DNA of 64,000 nucleotides from the NCBI RefSeq assembly GCF_009914755.1, contig NC_060931.1; one strand, 5' to 3'. How positions within the stretch are numbered: the first letter of the stretch is position 1; each line of letters begins with the position of its first letter. This document shows, piece after piece, positions 40,485 through 55,807 of this stretch. The position numbers were made by a program, and so were the translations under genes. Below the pieces are notes generated by a model, which searched no databases, was not told where the DNA came from, and saw only the letters and a list, made by a program, of their open reading frames with translations. The DNA comes from the human T2T-CHM13v2.0 reference genome, Homo sapiens.

Positions 40485-43400
40485 GGGTTCAGAATCTCAG
40501 CTCTACCTTGGGATCTTGACTATGAGGATACAAGTCTCAGAATGCTGGAATACACCAGAAGTGTTCTAGAGAATATCAATCCATAGTCACTCTTGCACTG
40601 TGAGCCCCAGAGCCACCTACACTGGTTTTAGATACAGCTCCCTCTGCAGACATCACTGCCCTCCCTCTGTCAGGCAAGGGACAGGAGTTCCGAGTACCAG
40701 ATTTACTTTTTCTCTGCTTCCTTAGAGCTCAAGCCCTCAGTCACCAAAGTACCAGCTTTTGTCTGTCCCGTAATTATTCCCACCCCACCCAACCACATTT
40801 TTGGAACTCAATAAATATATTTTAAAATAAAATTGCAAATTATTAATTTTTCTTATTATTCAGATGCCCAAATCTAGTTCTGTAACGTAGGTGGAAAAGG
40901 GAGGCTTGTCATTTCTTAATAATTCTATTTGGAATACATGCTGAGCATATTAAAAAGTTGTTACATGCAAACTGTTATCAAAACATTTCACTCCAACAGA
41001 AAGGTAAATCGGTGTCCACTTTCAGGTTGCCAGGTGGCTCATTCTAGCCATTCTGGAATATTGACTAAGCACTTTAGCTGGTATTTAGTAGCTGTTCTGT
41101 AAATATTTGTTGGAAAATGCATGTATGCATGAGAATAGCTCATGAGCATCCATCATGCAAGATACGATGATGCCTGGCATGCTAGAGTGGGGACGTACCC
41201 ACTCCTTAAGAACCCTGAGCTAGGATTCATGAATTCTTCCCCAATGTATCTTTAGAAACCTAAAACTGGCATGTTGGATTTGCACAGATGCTCACAGAGT
41301 GGATGAATCTAGTTTGCCAAACCTGATAATGCAGGTAAAAGAGACCCCTGAAACATGTGCCAATGTGTAGCTTTGTAGATCTTTATTTATTTCCATTCTT
41401 TAATAATGCTGCTGAAACAGAGGTTGTGGGGGAGTGAAGGTCCCAACTACAATGACTTTAAACATTGTTATTCCATACAGCAGAGTTTTTCTTCACACAA
41501 AATGTTATGTAAAACCCAAATATATTAATCAGATGGGCCTCTCTGGTTGCAGAAAGTGTTGGGTTCCCAGAGCCCCACCCATTAGGCCACTGTTTACTCC
41601 CCACACTCTCTAAGGGCCCTCTGCAGAACTGCAACACTACGCTGCCAAAGGAGGGGGGTCTACAGGACAAGATGATCTCAGCAGGATCATTCAACTCCAA
41701 AGTGGTAGGGCCATGCTTTCATGCATACTTCCTTCATTCTCCAACCATAGGACATGTCCACAATTTCTTGATGGCTTGTACCTCTTCCTAGTATTGGCTA
41801 TCCATTTTTCTCCCCCTTCAGTCAAGGAAAAATACAATCCATCCAATCCCTATAGATTTACTGTTAATGAAAAGTAACCACAATTCTTTCTAATTTCTGG
41901 GACATGCTTAGACATCAAATTATATTCAATCTTTATTTAGGTAGGCTTCACAAAAAGTATCACAACACCAACTCCAGATTTTCATCCATACAAGGCAGAA
42001 TTCCTGAGTCAATTTTCACTTCTGATTCACCTTCCTTCCAAGTTGCACTTCAAATTGGCTGATAAGTCAAAATGTGCAAAATGTGAATTATGACAGATAT
42101 TGATAATGGATGGAATAGCCCCAAAATTACCACTGTATTATCACAGAACTCATTTTCCACATGTTTTAATGGCACAGAAGTTTATCTCTCTTATCTTTAT
42201 ATCTTGGCAGTCCAATTTAGAGCCTTAGAGAATTCTAGGACTTTGCTAACACTCATAAGAATTATAATATAACACCATATATAATGTGATTTATATGCTA
42301 AAACATATTCCAATTAGCTACAAGTTTTTTCTAATTATTGGTTTCTTTGTGTCATTGTGTAGATAATTGAAGAGACATTCCATTTAAATATTTGCAGGAC
42401 CTAATTGAAATTGGGTTCTCAATCAAATTATGACTACTTGCTATACTTAGCTTTTTGTTCAAAGAATCAAATAACTTTTATTTTCTCTCACAAATGTCAC
42501 TTGAAAATGGTAGTGTAAGTAGGATGTTTTTCAAAAATATATATTGACTGAGTATCTTCTGCATTTCAGGTGAAAACCATCAAAAATAGACTCAGTCATG
42601 CTTCAAATTAGGCCAAGTGTATACATTTTAGCTCCACATATATTTTTACTAAATTGTGCCTGCATGAATACTCTCTTTCTTTCCCAATTTTACCAAATAG
42701 GTTTGTTTGTCTAAAAATAACAACTTCCTAATACATTAATAATGCATCACTAATGTATCCTGAAATGCTAAATAGGAAGCAAGAGCTTTGTTTTACACAG
42801 AGTCATTGGCCACTAAAGAAAACAATGACACTGTTTTAAATTGCCTAATAACTTAAACATATTTGAATACCATCTTTGATGCTTTTATGCAAAGTAGATG
42901 CAAAACGACTCCTATACCCCAAACAAATTGCTTGTGCATCACTTAATAGCTTACAAGCCAATTGAGAGGTCAGGGAGCAAAATAAAACAGAAATTCTAAT
43001 TAGCCACAACTCTTTCTGAAGAAAGAGACAAGTTCCTGCAAATATTTGATGCTATTTTCCATCCACAAATAAGCTATAAAAATTCCATGTACAATGCGAG
43101 AATCAGCACATTTGTGCTACTGAGAGCACCTTTGTAATTGCTTTTATAGCTCCAGCTTGGACAAACCCCAGCTTTGTAACAGTGAGCTACTTCAAAACCT
43201 TTTAACAAATGCTTAACTTTATCATATATTGGCAGAGACTTCTTTGGTTCAGGGAACCTATTTTTAGTTAACTTGATCCACATTTATATTTTTGTATGAA
43301 TATGGCTTTCTAGATGTGCCCACCTTTGCATGGCAGCTCCTGTGCCCTCACCCGGCTGTTTTCTGCCTCCCGCCCTCCTTGAACACAAGGACTCTCCCAA

Positions 43401-43891
43401 AGCTGCTCCTGGAGCTGTGGCCACCAGCACAGTAGAGGGATTACCTTGCACCATGGGATCCCCCACTACAATGTGCCACCACTCAGAGCCCTTACTTCAG
43501 CAAAAGCCCCTGGGTAATGGTGAAGCCAACTCACTGCTCACCCTCATCGGGATTATGGGTATGACTCCATATGCAGGAAGCCTGGATTAATTATGGTGCT
43601 CTCCCTTGTGGTAAACAGATCCCAACTTGCTTGCAGTAGAGCCTCTTCCCTCTCCAGAGGCCACACAACCTTCTGGCTGGTCTTACATTGACACTTTCCT
43701 CACTTTCTTTACTTCTTTTCTCTAAAGGCCCCGAACACGCTGCTGCTGGGAGCCGCCTCCAGGGAGATCAGGGAGTTAGGTAGTGACGGAGGGAGGAGTT
43801 CCTATTTCTGTTACTTTCAGTGTAACTGCTACAGTTCAGCATTAAAGCTCAGGCCTAAAGAGTCTTCAGTGGGCTAATCTAGGAGGAAATC

Positions 43892-44347
43892 TGTTGTGGA
43901 TGGAATCGCGTCCCTTAAAAAGATATGTTGAGGTCCTAACCCCAGGTACCCGTGAATATGACCTTATTTGGAAACACGGTCTTTACAGATACAAGACGTA
44001 AGTTAAGAGGAAGCCATACTGGAGTAGGGTAGTCCCTTAATCCAATATGATTGATGTCCTTAGGAGAGAAGAAATATGGATACAGACACACAGAGCAGAG
44101 AACACCATGTGTAGACAGACATAGCAGGAAGGAGGCCATGGGATGACAGAAGCAGAGATTGGCGTTATAAAGTTGCTCGCCAAGGAAAACCGTGGATTGC
44201 CGTCAGCCATAGGAGCGAGGAGAAAGGGCATGGCGGTGCTGACTCCTTGATCTTGGACTTCTGGCCTCCAGAGCTGTGAATGAATAAATTTCTGTTGTTT
44301 CAAGCCAACCATTTTGTTACAGCAGGCCTGTATTAGAGAACTAATAT
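43892..44347 (+). mobile_element. MaLR solo LTR (MLT1B/C-like)
   Basis: gtgaatatgaccttatttggaaa...ttggacttctggcctccagagctgtga...aataaatttctgttgtttcaagcc. Confidence 0.85.
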
Positions 44348-46067
44348 GGAATCCAACCTGTTTCTTCTCAAAATAGGGCATCTCGGAAAATTCATCCCCC
44401 AATCCAAATGACTGACACAGATCTCCAAAAGCAAGATCTTCATTAGTTGGAACAGCCTGTGTTCATCTGTTGCTCTCTTTTGAAACAATGTATTTTTTAA
44501 GTGTATTATTTGTCCATATTTTCCCTCTTAATTTAGTGGAAAAATCAGTAGCTTTCCAATAAGCCTGTTTCCAGTTGGATTCTTGGGAAGCAGAGGCTGA
44601 GATGGAGTTTGGGTACACATTGATTACAGATCAACGAGCCTGTGACAGGAAGCGGGGGAAGCAGGACTGGCAGAGGAAGAAGTCCAGTCCAGCAAGGGCT
44701 CCATCCTGAGCATTGCCAAGAGTGTCCCCATCTGGCTGATGTGGCTGAGCCTTTACACCCTGCCCACCAATCACCCCAATACATGTGGCCCAAGGAGAAG
44801 CGTGAGCACAGCTGCTGGAGCCAACCCGGAAGGCGCAGGCAGGTGGAGGTGGAGGCTGCTGCTGGCTGTTGAAGTGGCATCAGGGCAGCGGGCTAGTCCC
44901 CTTCTCTCTGTGGTTCCAGTGTAGAGCTCTGAGCCCATAGTAGACATGTGTTCCTCAGTTCTCCTCCCCAAAATAGCATCTTCTGTTTCTTCACCCTCCC
45001 ATATTTTCATGCCTTGTACCTACACTGAGGTGTTTCTGAAGATATCTTAATACTGACTCAGCCATACTCTCAAAGCCCAGACTTTTACATTTGAATATGG
45101 GCCATTTGCCTCTAACTGATGAAGTTAATTATAGACACCTGTATTGTCAAGCTTCTCCACTCTACAGCTACCTGCTTCCCAATTATAAAAAATAAGAAAG
45201 AAACTCGTAAGGAGATACTTTGAGACTATGCCAATATCTTGTCTCTTGTCACACTCTCCCTCTCCCACTTGAGCATGCATCATGATTCTTGCCTAAATCT
45301 CTTTTCACTATGATGGCTTATAATCGGCGATTTTCTAAATCCATCATTGCTACTGTATCGATTAGTCAGCATTCTACTGTATGAAGAGCATTCCCCTTCT
45401 TGTCATTCATTTATTAACTTATTATTTATTATCTGGACTCACAGATTCTTATTTTATTGTTGTCTATTATTTATTTACCTTGATATTCCAATTATCCCAG
45501 ATTTGGCCAGTGAAATCCCCTTAAATTTTTTTTATATATCTTCATCATTTTTGAATACTTTCTTATTTTCTTCTGGTACAATGAGATGTTCCAGGTACAT
45601 CTTGTATTTTCTCTGCCCCAGCCCTTGAATAAGCACTCTTTCATGGACCCCTGGTTCCTTTGAGTAGTGAATGGTATTTAGAAACCAAGATCTGGTCTCT
45701 CAGTTTGCTTATTGCTGCAGTGTGTCATTGTTTCTAGGTTTTTCAGTGGACAACATATATATATACAAATGTGTGTATGTGTAAGTGTGTGTAAAATATG
45801 TTTATACTGATGCCTCTACTTTGAATTTGTCCAAGGTTGTTGTTTACCTTCCCCCATTATGTATTTATTTCTATCTCCCATCTTCTGTGTTGCTCTGGCC
45901 CCAACAACCTCACTATATTCACTCATTCGCTCAGTTCTACAATACCCACAAAATAGTTTCAGAATATTCATACCACTACAACAAACAAGCCTGTTAATAG
46001 TTCAAGATTTGATTACAGGTATTTCTTCAGACCAAAGCCAAAGTACTGTGCTCTAAACTTATTTGGA

Positions 46068-47632
46068 ATATTGGCATAAAATCAGACATAAACCAATGGA
46101 ATAGAATAAAGACCCCAGAAATAAACCTTTATATATATGGTCAATTGATTTTCCACAAAAGTGCCAAGATCATTCAATGGGGAAAGGACAATCTTTTCAA
46201 CAAACAGTGTTGCTAAAATGATATATCCACAAGCAAATAAATGAAGTTGGGCACTTATGTTATTCCATATTCAAAAATTAACTCAAAATAGATCAGAGTC
46301 CTAAACATAAGACCAAAAACTATAAAAGTCTTAGGAGAAAATGTACGGGAAGAGCCTCATGACATTGGATTTGGCAATTATTCCTTGGATATGACACTAA
46401 AAGCACAGACAAAAGAAAAAATAGATAAATTGTACTACATCAAATTTAAATACTTTTGTGCACCAAAGGACACTATCAACAGAATGAAAATGCAAACCAT
46501 GTAATCAGAAAAAATATTTGCTTATCATATATCTGATAAAGGATTAATGTCCAGAATATTTTTCAAAAAAACCCTTACAATTCAGCAACAAAAAAACCAA
46601 CAACCCATTTAAAAAATGGACAAAGGACTTGAATAGACATTTCTCCAAGGAAGATATGCAAATGGCCAATAAGCACATGTAAAGATGCTCAACATCACTA
46701 ATCTTTAGGAAAATACAGACCAAAACCTCAGTGAGATATCTCCTCACATCCATTAGGATGGCTACTATTAAAAAAAAATAACAAAAGAAATATAGCAAGC
46801 ATTGATGAAGATATGGAGAAAGTAGAATCCTTGTTCACTGTTGGTGGGACTATAACATGGTGCAGCTGCTATAGAAAACAGTATGGCAGTTCCTCAAAAT
46901 ATTAAAAATAGAATTACCATATGATCCAGTAGTTTCACTTCTGAGTATATACCCAAAAGAATTTACAGTAGGGTCTCAAAGTGATATTTGTACACCCATT
47001 TTCATAGCAGCATTATTCACAATACCCAAAGGTGGAAGCAACTCTAGTGTCCATAAACTAATGAATGGATAAACAAAATGCATAATATACATGCAATGTA
47101 TTTGTGTCCCCTTTACAAAGGAATGACATTCAGGTACATGCTACAATATGGATGAACCTTGAAGATATTGTGCTAAGTGAAATAAGCTTCTCATAAAAGG
47201 ACAGATGCTGTATGATTCCACCCATCTAAGGTGCCTAGAATAGTCAAATTCACAGAGATAGAAAGTAGAATGGTGGTTGCCAGGTGCTGGAAGCAATGAG
47301 GAGTTGTTGTTTAATGGGTGTAGAGTTTCAGTTTTGCAAGATGAAAAGTATTTCAGACATGGATAGTTGTGATGGCCTCAGAACAATGTGGATGTACTTA
47401 GTGCCACAGCACTGTACACTTAAAAATGGTTAAAATAGATGAGCCAGGCATGGTGGTGCACACCTGTAGCCCCAGCTTCTCAGGAGGATTGCTTGAGTCC
47501 AGGAGTTTGAGACTACCCTGGATGACATAGTGAGTCCCTGTCTCTTAAAAAAGAAAAATCTTTTAATAGATACAGATTTCAAATGGTTACAATGATAAGT
47601 TTTATGTTATGCATATTTTACCACAATAAAAA
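46068..47632 (+). mobile_element. L1MB-type 3' 1.5 kb with nested FLAM (47441-47557), inserted in an older antisense L1MC-like element (45110-48480)
   Basis: Decayed ORF2 C-terminus plus 3'UTR ending accacaataaaaa; antisense L1M sequence on both flanks. Confidence 0.82.
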
Positions 47633-50021
47633 GAATTTTTAACTTCATCAGGGAAGTTCCTTTACTAATTGAAAGCCATTAAGTTCACTTGTTACTGTTT
47701 GCATTTAGTTTGGGTTTTCCCCCACCATTGAAATTTTATTTCATTTTATTGGATATGTAAAGCATGAACATACAATTAAAAGTCAAAATTGTATAGAAAG
47801 TTATACTCGGAGAAACATCATTTCTTCCCCTCCCCTGCAACCCTACCCGCTCATCTCCTTCCCTAATTAGTAACCAGTTTCATTCATTTTTGTATTATCA
47901 GTCTTCTGTATCTTTTTACAAAATTATACAGATATGTGTATATTTTCTTGTTTTCTGTTCTTTTTTTTTTTTCACAAAAGATAGCATATTGCATATGTTC
48001 TCTTTTTTCATTTTTAAATAAATTCTGGAAACTTCTCCCTTTCAGTTCATGGAGATGTTTCTCATTTTTTAAACAAGTTAATAGTACCCCATAGTATGCA
48101 TGTACCATAGTTTATTCAACCAACTATTATTTTTCTTATCTACCTTAATGCTTAAATTATCTCAGACCTGGCCAGTAAAAACAATCTTCTTTATTCTATA
48201 CTTAGGTGGTTTACAGTATTTTACAATGACAATACTGCAATGAATAGCTTTTGCATATGCTTTTTCACATTGTTAAACATGTGTCTTCAGGGTATGTTCT
48301 TAGATGTGAAATCCACAGGTCAAAAAAAAATACATGCATTCGTAGTTTAGCTCAGTATTGCCAAATTCTCCTCCATGGGATAATAGCATTTTATATTTCA
48401 ACCAGCAATATATGAAAGTGCCTGTTTCCCTACAATCTTGCCAATTTTGTCAAGATTTTGCATTTTTTGTCAGTATGATACGGAAAAAAAACTGAGGGAA
48501 TTACAAGCTTCAAATAAATAAGAGATTATTCCCTAAATATCTAAGTTAAGAAAAGAGACTATGAAAGTTCATGACTCTTAATTTCAAAGTCTGTGTCATC
48601 TGCATCTGTAGGTCTGCTTCTGTGAATGCTTTTTTAAACTAAATTATGAATAACATTTTCCTGCTTCTTCACATATTTTATACTTTTTAAATTTTATGAT
48701 ACATATATCATGGACAAAAGAGAAGAGACTGAATCAAATAACATTTTTCCCAAAAACAGTACACCTTTTTTTGTCAGATAGCTAAAGTAAAGGGATGATC
48801 TCTTCTATCTCACTAGGAGTTAAGCTGGGTAGGGGATCAGTAGCAGTTTTGGCTAGTTCCAGCTCAGAAATGGTTATCTTGAGAGTGAGGTCAGGCCCAT
48901 TCCTCCATCAGGGCTCTGCAAATGTTTCACCAGGATACTAAAGACTATAAGATTTCTTTCTCCTTTCCAGGTTCTCCAGGAGTTCATCTCTTTGATCTCT
49001 TCAGGATGTCATCTGGGTGGCATCTGGGGTTCTGATTTAATTAATTTGAGCTATCTTTCAGTTTCAAGTGTTTTGGAGGTGATGTCTTACTTCCCCAGAC
49101 CATGATGCAGGCACAGTGAGACTAAGGGATAGCTCTAGCCACCACTAACTCAGAAAAAGTAGGAAAGAATTGTTGAATCTGGAGGGGCTAGCTTTACATA
49201 TGGGGCTACGGTAGTTCAGACATTTTCCCTCAGTTAGCAGAGGAAAGTGAGGAGGTGTAGGCCATCATTTTGTCCATGCTTCTAGGAGTCCTTGCAGGGT
49301 AGTAAATTCTATATCTTGGAAGAGTGCAAATATATTATAGACTCTCCCTTACCCAGTCTTATGCTCAGAGTTCCCCTTGTCAAGCACTCAGAATCCAGCC
49401 CCACACATGCACCCCTGGCCCCTGCCAGAAGTTCTATCTGGGAATGGCAATCCTTTGTGGTATAGGCCTTTTCCTCGATTTTCAGGCCTTATATTGTCTG
49501 CATTTTCAGGCTGAGACATCCTGTGACCTCTCCCTAGTGACAGGCCTAATGACAAGGGAGGAGGGAGGGAGCAGATCCTGAGTCACATCCCCACCTCACA
49601 AGGGAGAGGCCTTTGGATTGTCTTCAAGGGTCTCTTGATGGGGAAGGATGGACTCCTGAAGGCTCAGAACTTTCAGGGAAATGTATATATTTAAGGTTTT
49701 CAGTGTTCAGGGTTTTCAATGTAGATGTCTCATCCCATGTGTCAGTGTCTCTTTCTTCTGACCTTGGCATTGCAGGCCTGCATAGCTAGAAGTTTAACCT
49801 TAGGTGCTCTGCTTCTCTGATGATTAAGTCCTGGGCCCCATCTTCAGCTTTCTCTGCACTTTCACTGCAGGCCACTGCAGAGCCTCCTTGCTTCCTACAA
49901 TGAAAAAATATCCTGATGTTTACATGGATCTTTCAATTGCCAGTTAACTGCTTTTAGTCTTTCCTTATCTTTTTCTAAAGTGTCAAATGAGTTTAGCAAC
50001 AGGCATCTAATCCTACTGTCC

Positions 50022-50313
<292 letters not shown>

Positions 50314-50562
50314 TAGTTACTATTTCTCTGGGACTTCAAAGGCTGGCTGATGCGTTTCACCAGCTAGGACTTCCCCTTCTGTGTGTACCGTCAGCATTTA
50401 TCACTAGTGAAAGTTTTCACAACTGGACTGTCACCTTGTGCCACAAGTTACGTGGCACTTATCACCAAGGATATAGGGTCCTCACTGCCAGCTGGGAAGA
50501 AGGCAATTGAGCTCCAAAACCCGACTTGAATATTCGCTTTGTTGGACACTCCAGGCATTAAC

Positions 50563-50960
50563 TGCCATGGGTGAAGTTCCCCAGGCAGCAATCTCTGAGA
50601 CAGAGTCTAATGGATGGAAAGCTTATTAGAAACCAACATCCGTGGAAGGGAGAGAGAAAAAGCAGATTTAGGCAGAAAGGGAAGTCAACCTGCAATGCAG
50701 ACCCAATAGCCTCAACCAACCCCACAAAGAGTTCTAGAATAAAATGGCCAGTCACAATTTTCCTGGGTTGGGCCAAAATGCCTCAGTCATTGGATATGGA
50801 CTGCCCCAAGAAAAGCATGACTTTGGGTGAGTTGGCTTTCTGCAGCTGAAGCAACCCCTGAAAGGATTAATAGCCCAAATCTGTCATCTGACAGCATTCC
50901 CAACCGCTGCACTAACAGGTCTTCCTTCAAGGGGTTTTTGAGGGGCACATGCATGCCACC
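50563..50960 (-). mobile_element. Old ERVL-type LTR (LTR33/LTR16-like); a related fragment at ~44566-44900
   Basis: ctctgagacagagtc...gcagatttaggcagaaagggaagtc motifs; heavily diverged. Confidence 0.45.
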
Positions 50961-51243
50961 AGACAAGACAACTACTCCCTCACATGGAAATGGCTGCTGG
51001 GCATTCCTCACTTGGAAAGAGCTTGCCCTTCTCTGCAACGTCGATCATTTAGACCTCAATGTGTTTACAGCCCTTCAATGTCGTTAGAGAAGAGGAATTT
51101 TTAGTTTATCTAACATCATTGTTTGGGCAGAAACAATGATGTTTCACAATTTCAACAGCCTAATCGGTAGTGAAACTCCTTCAGCCTATGAATTTTTAAT
51201 TTCAGTTTTTCTATCTTTCTGTTCTATAATCCCATTTAATTCT

Positions 51244-51756
51244 TCTTTTTTTAAGTTTATTTTTCCGTGAGTTACTAGGGTACAGGTGGCATTTGGTTAC
51301 ATGAGTAAGTTCCTTAGTGAAGATTTGTGAGATCCTGGTGCACCCATCACCCAAGCAGTATACACTGCACCATATTTGTTGTCTTTTATCCCTCACCCTC
51401 CTCCCACTCTTCCCCCCAATTCCCCGAAGTCCATTGTATCATTCTTATGCCTTTGCGTCCTCATATCTCAGCTCCCACATATCAGTGAGAACATACGATG
51501 TTTGGTTTTCCATTCCTAAGTTACTTCACTTAGAATAATAGTCTCTAATCTCATCAGGGTCATTACAAATGCTGTTAACTCATTCCTTTTTATGGCTGAG
51601 TAGTATATCATCATATAGATATGCCACAGTTTCTTTATCCACTCGTTGATTGATGGGCATTTGGGTTGGTTCCACAATTTTGCAACTGTGAATTGTGCTG
51701 CTACAAACATGTGTGTGTATCTTTTTCAAATAATGACTTCTTCTCCTCTGGGTAGA
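51244..51756 (-). mobile_element. L1PB-type 3' end
   Basis: tttggttacatgagtaagttccttagtg...ggtgcacccatcacccaagcagtatacactg; ORF2 C-terminal peptide at 51516-51710. Confidence 0.88.
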
Positions 51757-52518
51757 ACTTCCAGTCTGTGCTGATAGTCACCATTTTGTCATTTAATTTC
51801 TTGATTGCTTTAATCATTATTTTAACATTCTTGTCTGATCACTCTAATATTTGGATTTCCCATGCAAATATTTTCTTGTCTTTTTCCTCTCCTTTTTCCT
51901 CTTCCTTTTCTTCTCCTTTTCTTTCCTTTCCCTCCCTCCCTCCTTTTCTTCCTTTTATCCTTTTTTCTTTTCTTCCTTCCTTTTTTCTCTTTTTTTTGCA
52001 TGCCAGGTTATTTTTGATTGAATATCAGACATTGCATGCAATATATTGTCAAGATGAATTGAAGCTCTAAACGATGATGTCTTACTCTGAATAAGATTTA
52101 GTGAGCAGATAGAGGAATAAAGATCTTCTTAATCCCAATAGAGATTGAGCTCATTCAAACTTTTTTTATTTTTATTTTTGTAAAGGCTGGGCAATTTATG
52201 ATTTATCATCACTTAGAGTATCTATGCTTTTGGTGATCCCAACTGAATGCTCAAGGTGTTTCTTACCAGGTTTCTTCCTCTTCTGCGGGTCTGAAGTTTG
52301 ATTGTTATATCCCAGCCCCATGAGACTTACAGAAGTTCTGCTTAGCCTTTTTCTCCCTAAGCTTTAGATTTATCCTCAACTTCCTAGCCTTGCCATCACC
52401 TCTTAACCAAAAAGCTTGGAGGGGAAATAATGGTACCAAATGTCAGCCTCAGCTACCTCTCTTCTCTCTGCCTTCTCAAGTACTCACTGCCTTGGTAGCT
52501 CTCTGATGCCTTCGGATG

Positions 52519-52533
52519 GGTGTGTGTGTGTGC

Positions 52534-52566
<33 letters not shown>
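52519..52566 (+). repeat. (TG)n microsatellite
   Basis: Read directly. Confidence 0.95.
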
Positions 52567-52570
<4 letters not shown>

Positions 52571-53094
52571 CATGCATGTTAATCTGCTCTGCTAGTCTAC
52601 ACATTCTCAGCAGGAGAATTGGTCTACTACAAAATAGTCCATCATTGCCAGAAGCATGATTCCAAACTCTTGTTTTATTGAATTCATGTTTTTAGTAACT
52701 TGTTTTACAGCAAAAAGAAGCTCTGAGGAATTTCCTTCTGTTCCCTGAGTTATATTTTTATCTATATGGTGTTCTGTTTGTCTTTTGCATGAACAATTTC
52801 TTACATTAACTTATTTTTTCTCGGTATGTTTACAGGTTACTGTTCTGTTTCTTTTCATCTTAATTATGCTTCCCTGGTCCCACCCTGGCATTCTCTTTTT
52901 TCTGATATAATGTAAGTGATTTCTTGACTTTCTTCCCTTTGTATCTAGGACTAAGCTTGTTTTCTTTCCCCCAAGTCCAATTTGAGGACCGAGCAATTCA
53001 TGTTCTGCCTGCTTTTTTTAATGCTGGAAAAGTGGCAGAGGGTGGGAGAAAGTTTAGGGGAGGCTCTGTGCAGTCTTCGTTTAAATGCCTCCAC

Positions 53095-54590
53095 TTTTCA
53101 CTTACTCATTCATTCAACAAATATTTTTTCAGTGTCTACTATGTACCAGGCACTTATCTAAGTACTTGAGATCCATTGAGGAACAAAACACATGAAATCC
53201 TTGTATTTGTGCCTTATATTCTAGTGAAGGAAACAGACAATACGTACGAAAACATTAGATAAGTGCCTTTGAAGGCGATGAGTGCTATAGATGCATCACA
53301 GAGAATAAAAAGGATGAAAAGTGCGGGGGAAGGAGACACTGGCAGTGGCCATTTTAATTGGATAGATAGTGTGAGTCTCACTCAAAGGTGAAATTTGACC
53401 AAAGATTTGAAGGAGGAGCCACACGGATAAATAGAGGGAAAATATTCTAAGCAGTGGGAATGGTCACCACAAAAGCCCTCAATCGGGGGATGCCTGGTGT
53501 GCTCCAGGCAGAGCATGGTGGCCTCTGGGGCTTGAGTGGAGCAACCAAGAGAGAGAATAGGACAGGGATGAATCAAGGACACAGGGCACTTCACATAGGC
53601 TGCTAGGCCATGGTGAGAACTGTGACTTTTACTATGAATGAGATGAGAAGCCAGCCTTTTCCCTCTCCTCTCTCCTCTCCTCTCCTCTCCTCTCCCCTCC
53701 CTCCCCTCCTTTCTCTCTTTCTCACTTTGTTTCTCTTTCTTTGTTTCTTGCTTTTTACATTGAGGTATAACATTCATACAGTAAAGTCCGCAGATCTTAA
53801 GTGCATACAGCTCAATGGATATTACTGATGTCAACAAATATATAGTCACCACACAGAAGTTATTGAGTGTCAGCAGCACCCCAGGAATCTCCTCATTGTT
53901 TCCTCCTGGTCAATACCTTCCCAAAGGAAATGGCTCTTCTGACTATCATGTTCAAAGATTAGATTTCTTTCTTCTGTTTTTGAACTTAATATAAATGGGA
54001 CCATTCAGTATGGATTCCTTTGTGCTTCTTCCACTGAGCATCATGGCTGTGAAATGCATAATGTTTTGTGGAGCAATAGTTCTTTTTTATTAGATGAATA
54101 GCTACTCCAGAGGCTGAGACACGAGAATCGCTTGAACCCAGGAGGTGGAGGTTGCAGTGAGCTGAGCTCGCACCATTGCACTCCAGCCTGGGTGAGGGCA
54201 AAACTGTCTCAATAAAATAAAATAAAATAATAAAAATTTAAAAATGAATATTGTATGAATATATAATAATTTATCTCATCTGTTGATGAACATTTAGACT
54301 TGTTTGGAGTTGGGGCTATTGAGAATAAAAGCTGCCAGTGACACTTATATGTGTCTTTTGGCACACACGTGTGCCCACTTATGTTGGATATCTGCCAGGA
54401 GTGGAATCAAAGCTTTTCTTGAACAGAGTAGTGACATTATCTGATTTAATTTTAAAGGGATCATTTTGTTGAGCATAGACTGTAGGTAGCAAGAGTATAA
54501 ACAGGGAAGCCAATTAGGCGTCATGATAGTGATGCAGGTGGCATGATAGTGATGATGGTGGCTTGGGCCAGGTGGCAGCACCAGGGGGTT
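53095..54590 (-). mobile_element. L2 interrupted by a (CTCTC)n-tailed old L1M (53657-54415), itself interrupted by an Alu right arm (+, 54100-54243)
   Basis: L2 3' terminus tcattcattcaacaaatattt; L2 resumes at ~54420; Alu TSD atgaata. Confidence 0.75.
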
Positions 54591-54989
54591 ACAAGTGAGG
54601 TCTTGGGCAAAAGTGAAAAGAAAGCAAAGATAAGGCTATTCACTCAGGCTGCTTCTCTCTGGGTGGAGAACATTAGTTAAAATCCACATGGTTTTGTTGA
54701 TTTACCAATATGAATTTTGTGTATGGGGACAGAGGTGGAAGTAAGAGCTCAGCCTGGTGTGCTCAAGAATTTTTTGTTTCTTTCTTTGGACATTAATTTT
54801 TGAAATTTATTGAATTAGCTTATAGTCCTTTCCTGGTTTGATTACAATTGGCATTGTTTTTCTGGTTTTAACTATTTTTGCACACTCTGTTAGATATTGA
54901 GAGAAAAGAAAATGTTTAGACAAGTTTCAATTCACCATTTAAGGCTAGAACTCATCTTTTTGTTTTTTGTTTTTTAAAAAAGAATATTT

Positions 54990-55710
54990 TTACATCCATT
55001 AAGATGGCTATAATTTAAAAGTCAGATTACAAGTATTGGCAAGAATGTGGAAAAATTAGAACCCTCATATACTGCCAGTGGGAATGTAAAATGCTGCAGC
55101 CACTTTGGAAAATAGTCTGGCAGTTTCTTAAAGAGTTCAACACAGATTTACCATACGGCCCAGTAATTACACTTCTAGGTACATACCCAAGAGAAATGAA
55201 AACATATGACCACATGAAGACTTGGGCAGAAATAATCATAACAGCCTTGTTCATAATAGCATAAATGTGGAAATAATCCAAATATTCATCAACTGATCAT
55301 TGGATAAATAAAATATGGCATATCTATGAAATGGAACATTATTCTGCCATAAAAAGGAATCAAGTACCGATTCATGCTACAACATGGATGAAGCTTGAAA
55401 GCATTAGCTAAGTGAAAGGAGCCAGACATGAAAGGCCACATATTGTATGAATCCATTGATGTGAAATGTCCACAATAGATAAAGTTAAAGAAACAAAGAT
55501 TAGTGGTTGCTTAGGACTGGGGAAGCCACAAAGGGATAAGTGGAAGATAGCTAAGAGCCTTTCGGAGGTGATGAAAGTATCCTAAAATTCATGACGGTCA
55601 TAGTTACACAACTTTGTGAATATACCAGTGATTTCTACACTTTAAATGGGTAAGCTGTATGGTGTGTAAATTATATCTCACTAAAGCTGTTAACAAAAGC
55701 AAAAAAAAAA
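54990..55710 (+). mobile_element. L1MB-type 3' end
   Basis: acatccattaagatggcta...aaattatatctcactaaagctgtt plus A tail. Confidence 0.82.
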
Positions 55711-55807
55711 CATTTGTGACATATTTAATAAAGAGAAATAAAAATATAAAATGGCCTATAATCTTATCATCCATAGTTCTTTATGACATTTTAAAAAATG
55801 AAATAAT

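Noticed and set aside
35770-41515. CACGTG E-boxes (~35773, ~36840) and a TTATGTAA D-box (~41504) suggesting circadian control
   Set aside because: Scattered 6-8-mers at about chance frequency, not clustered.
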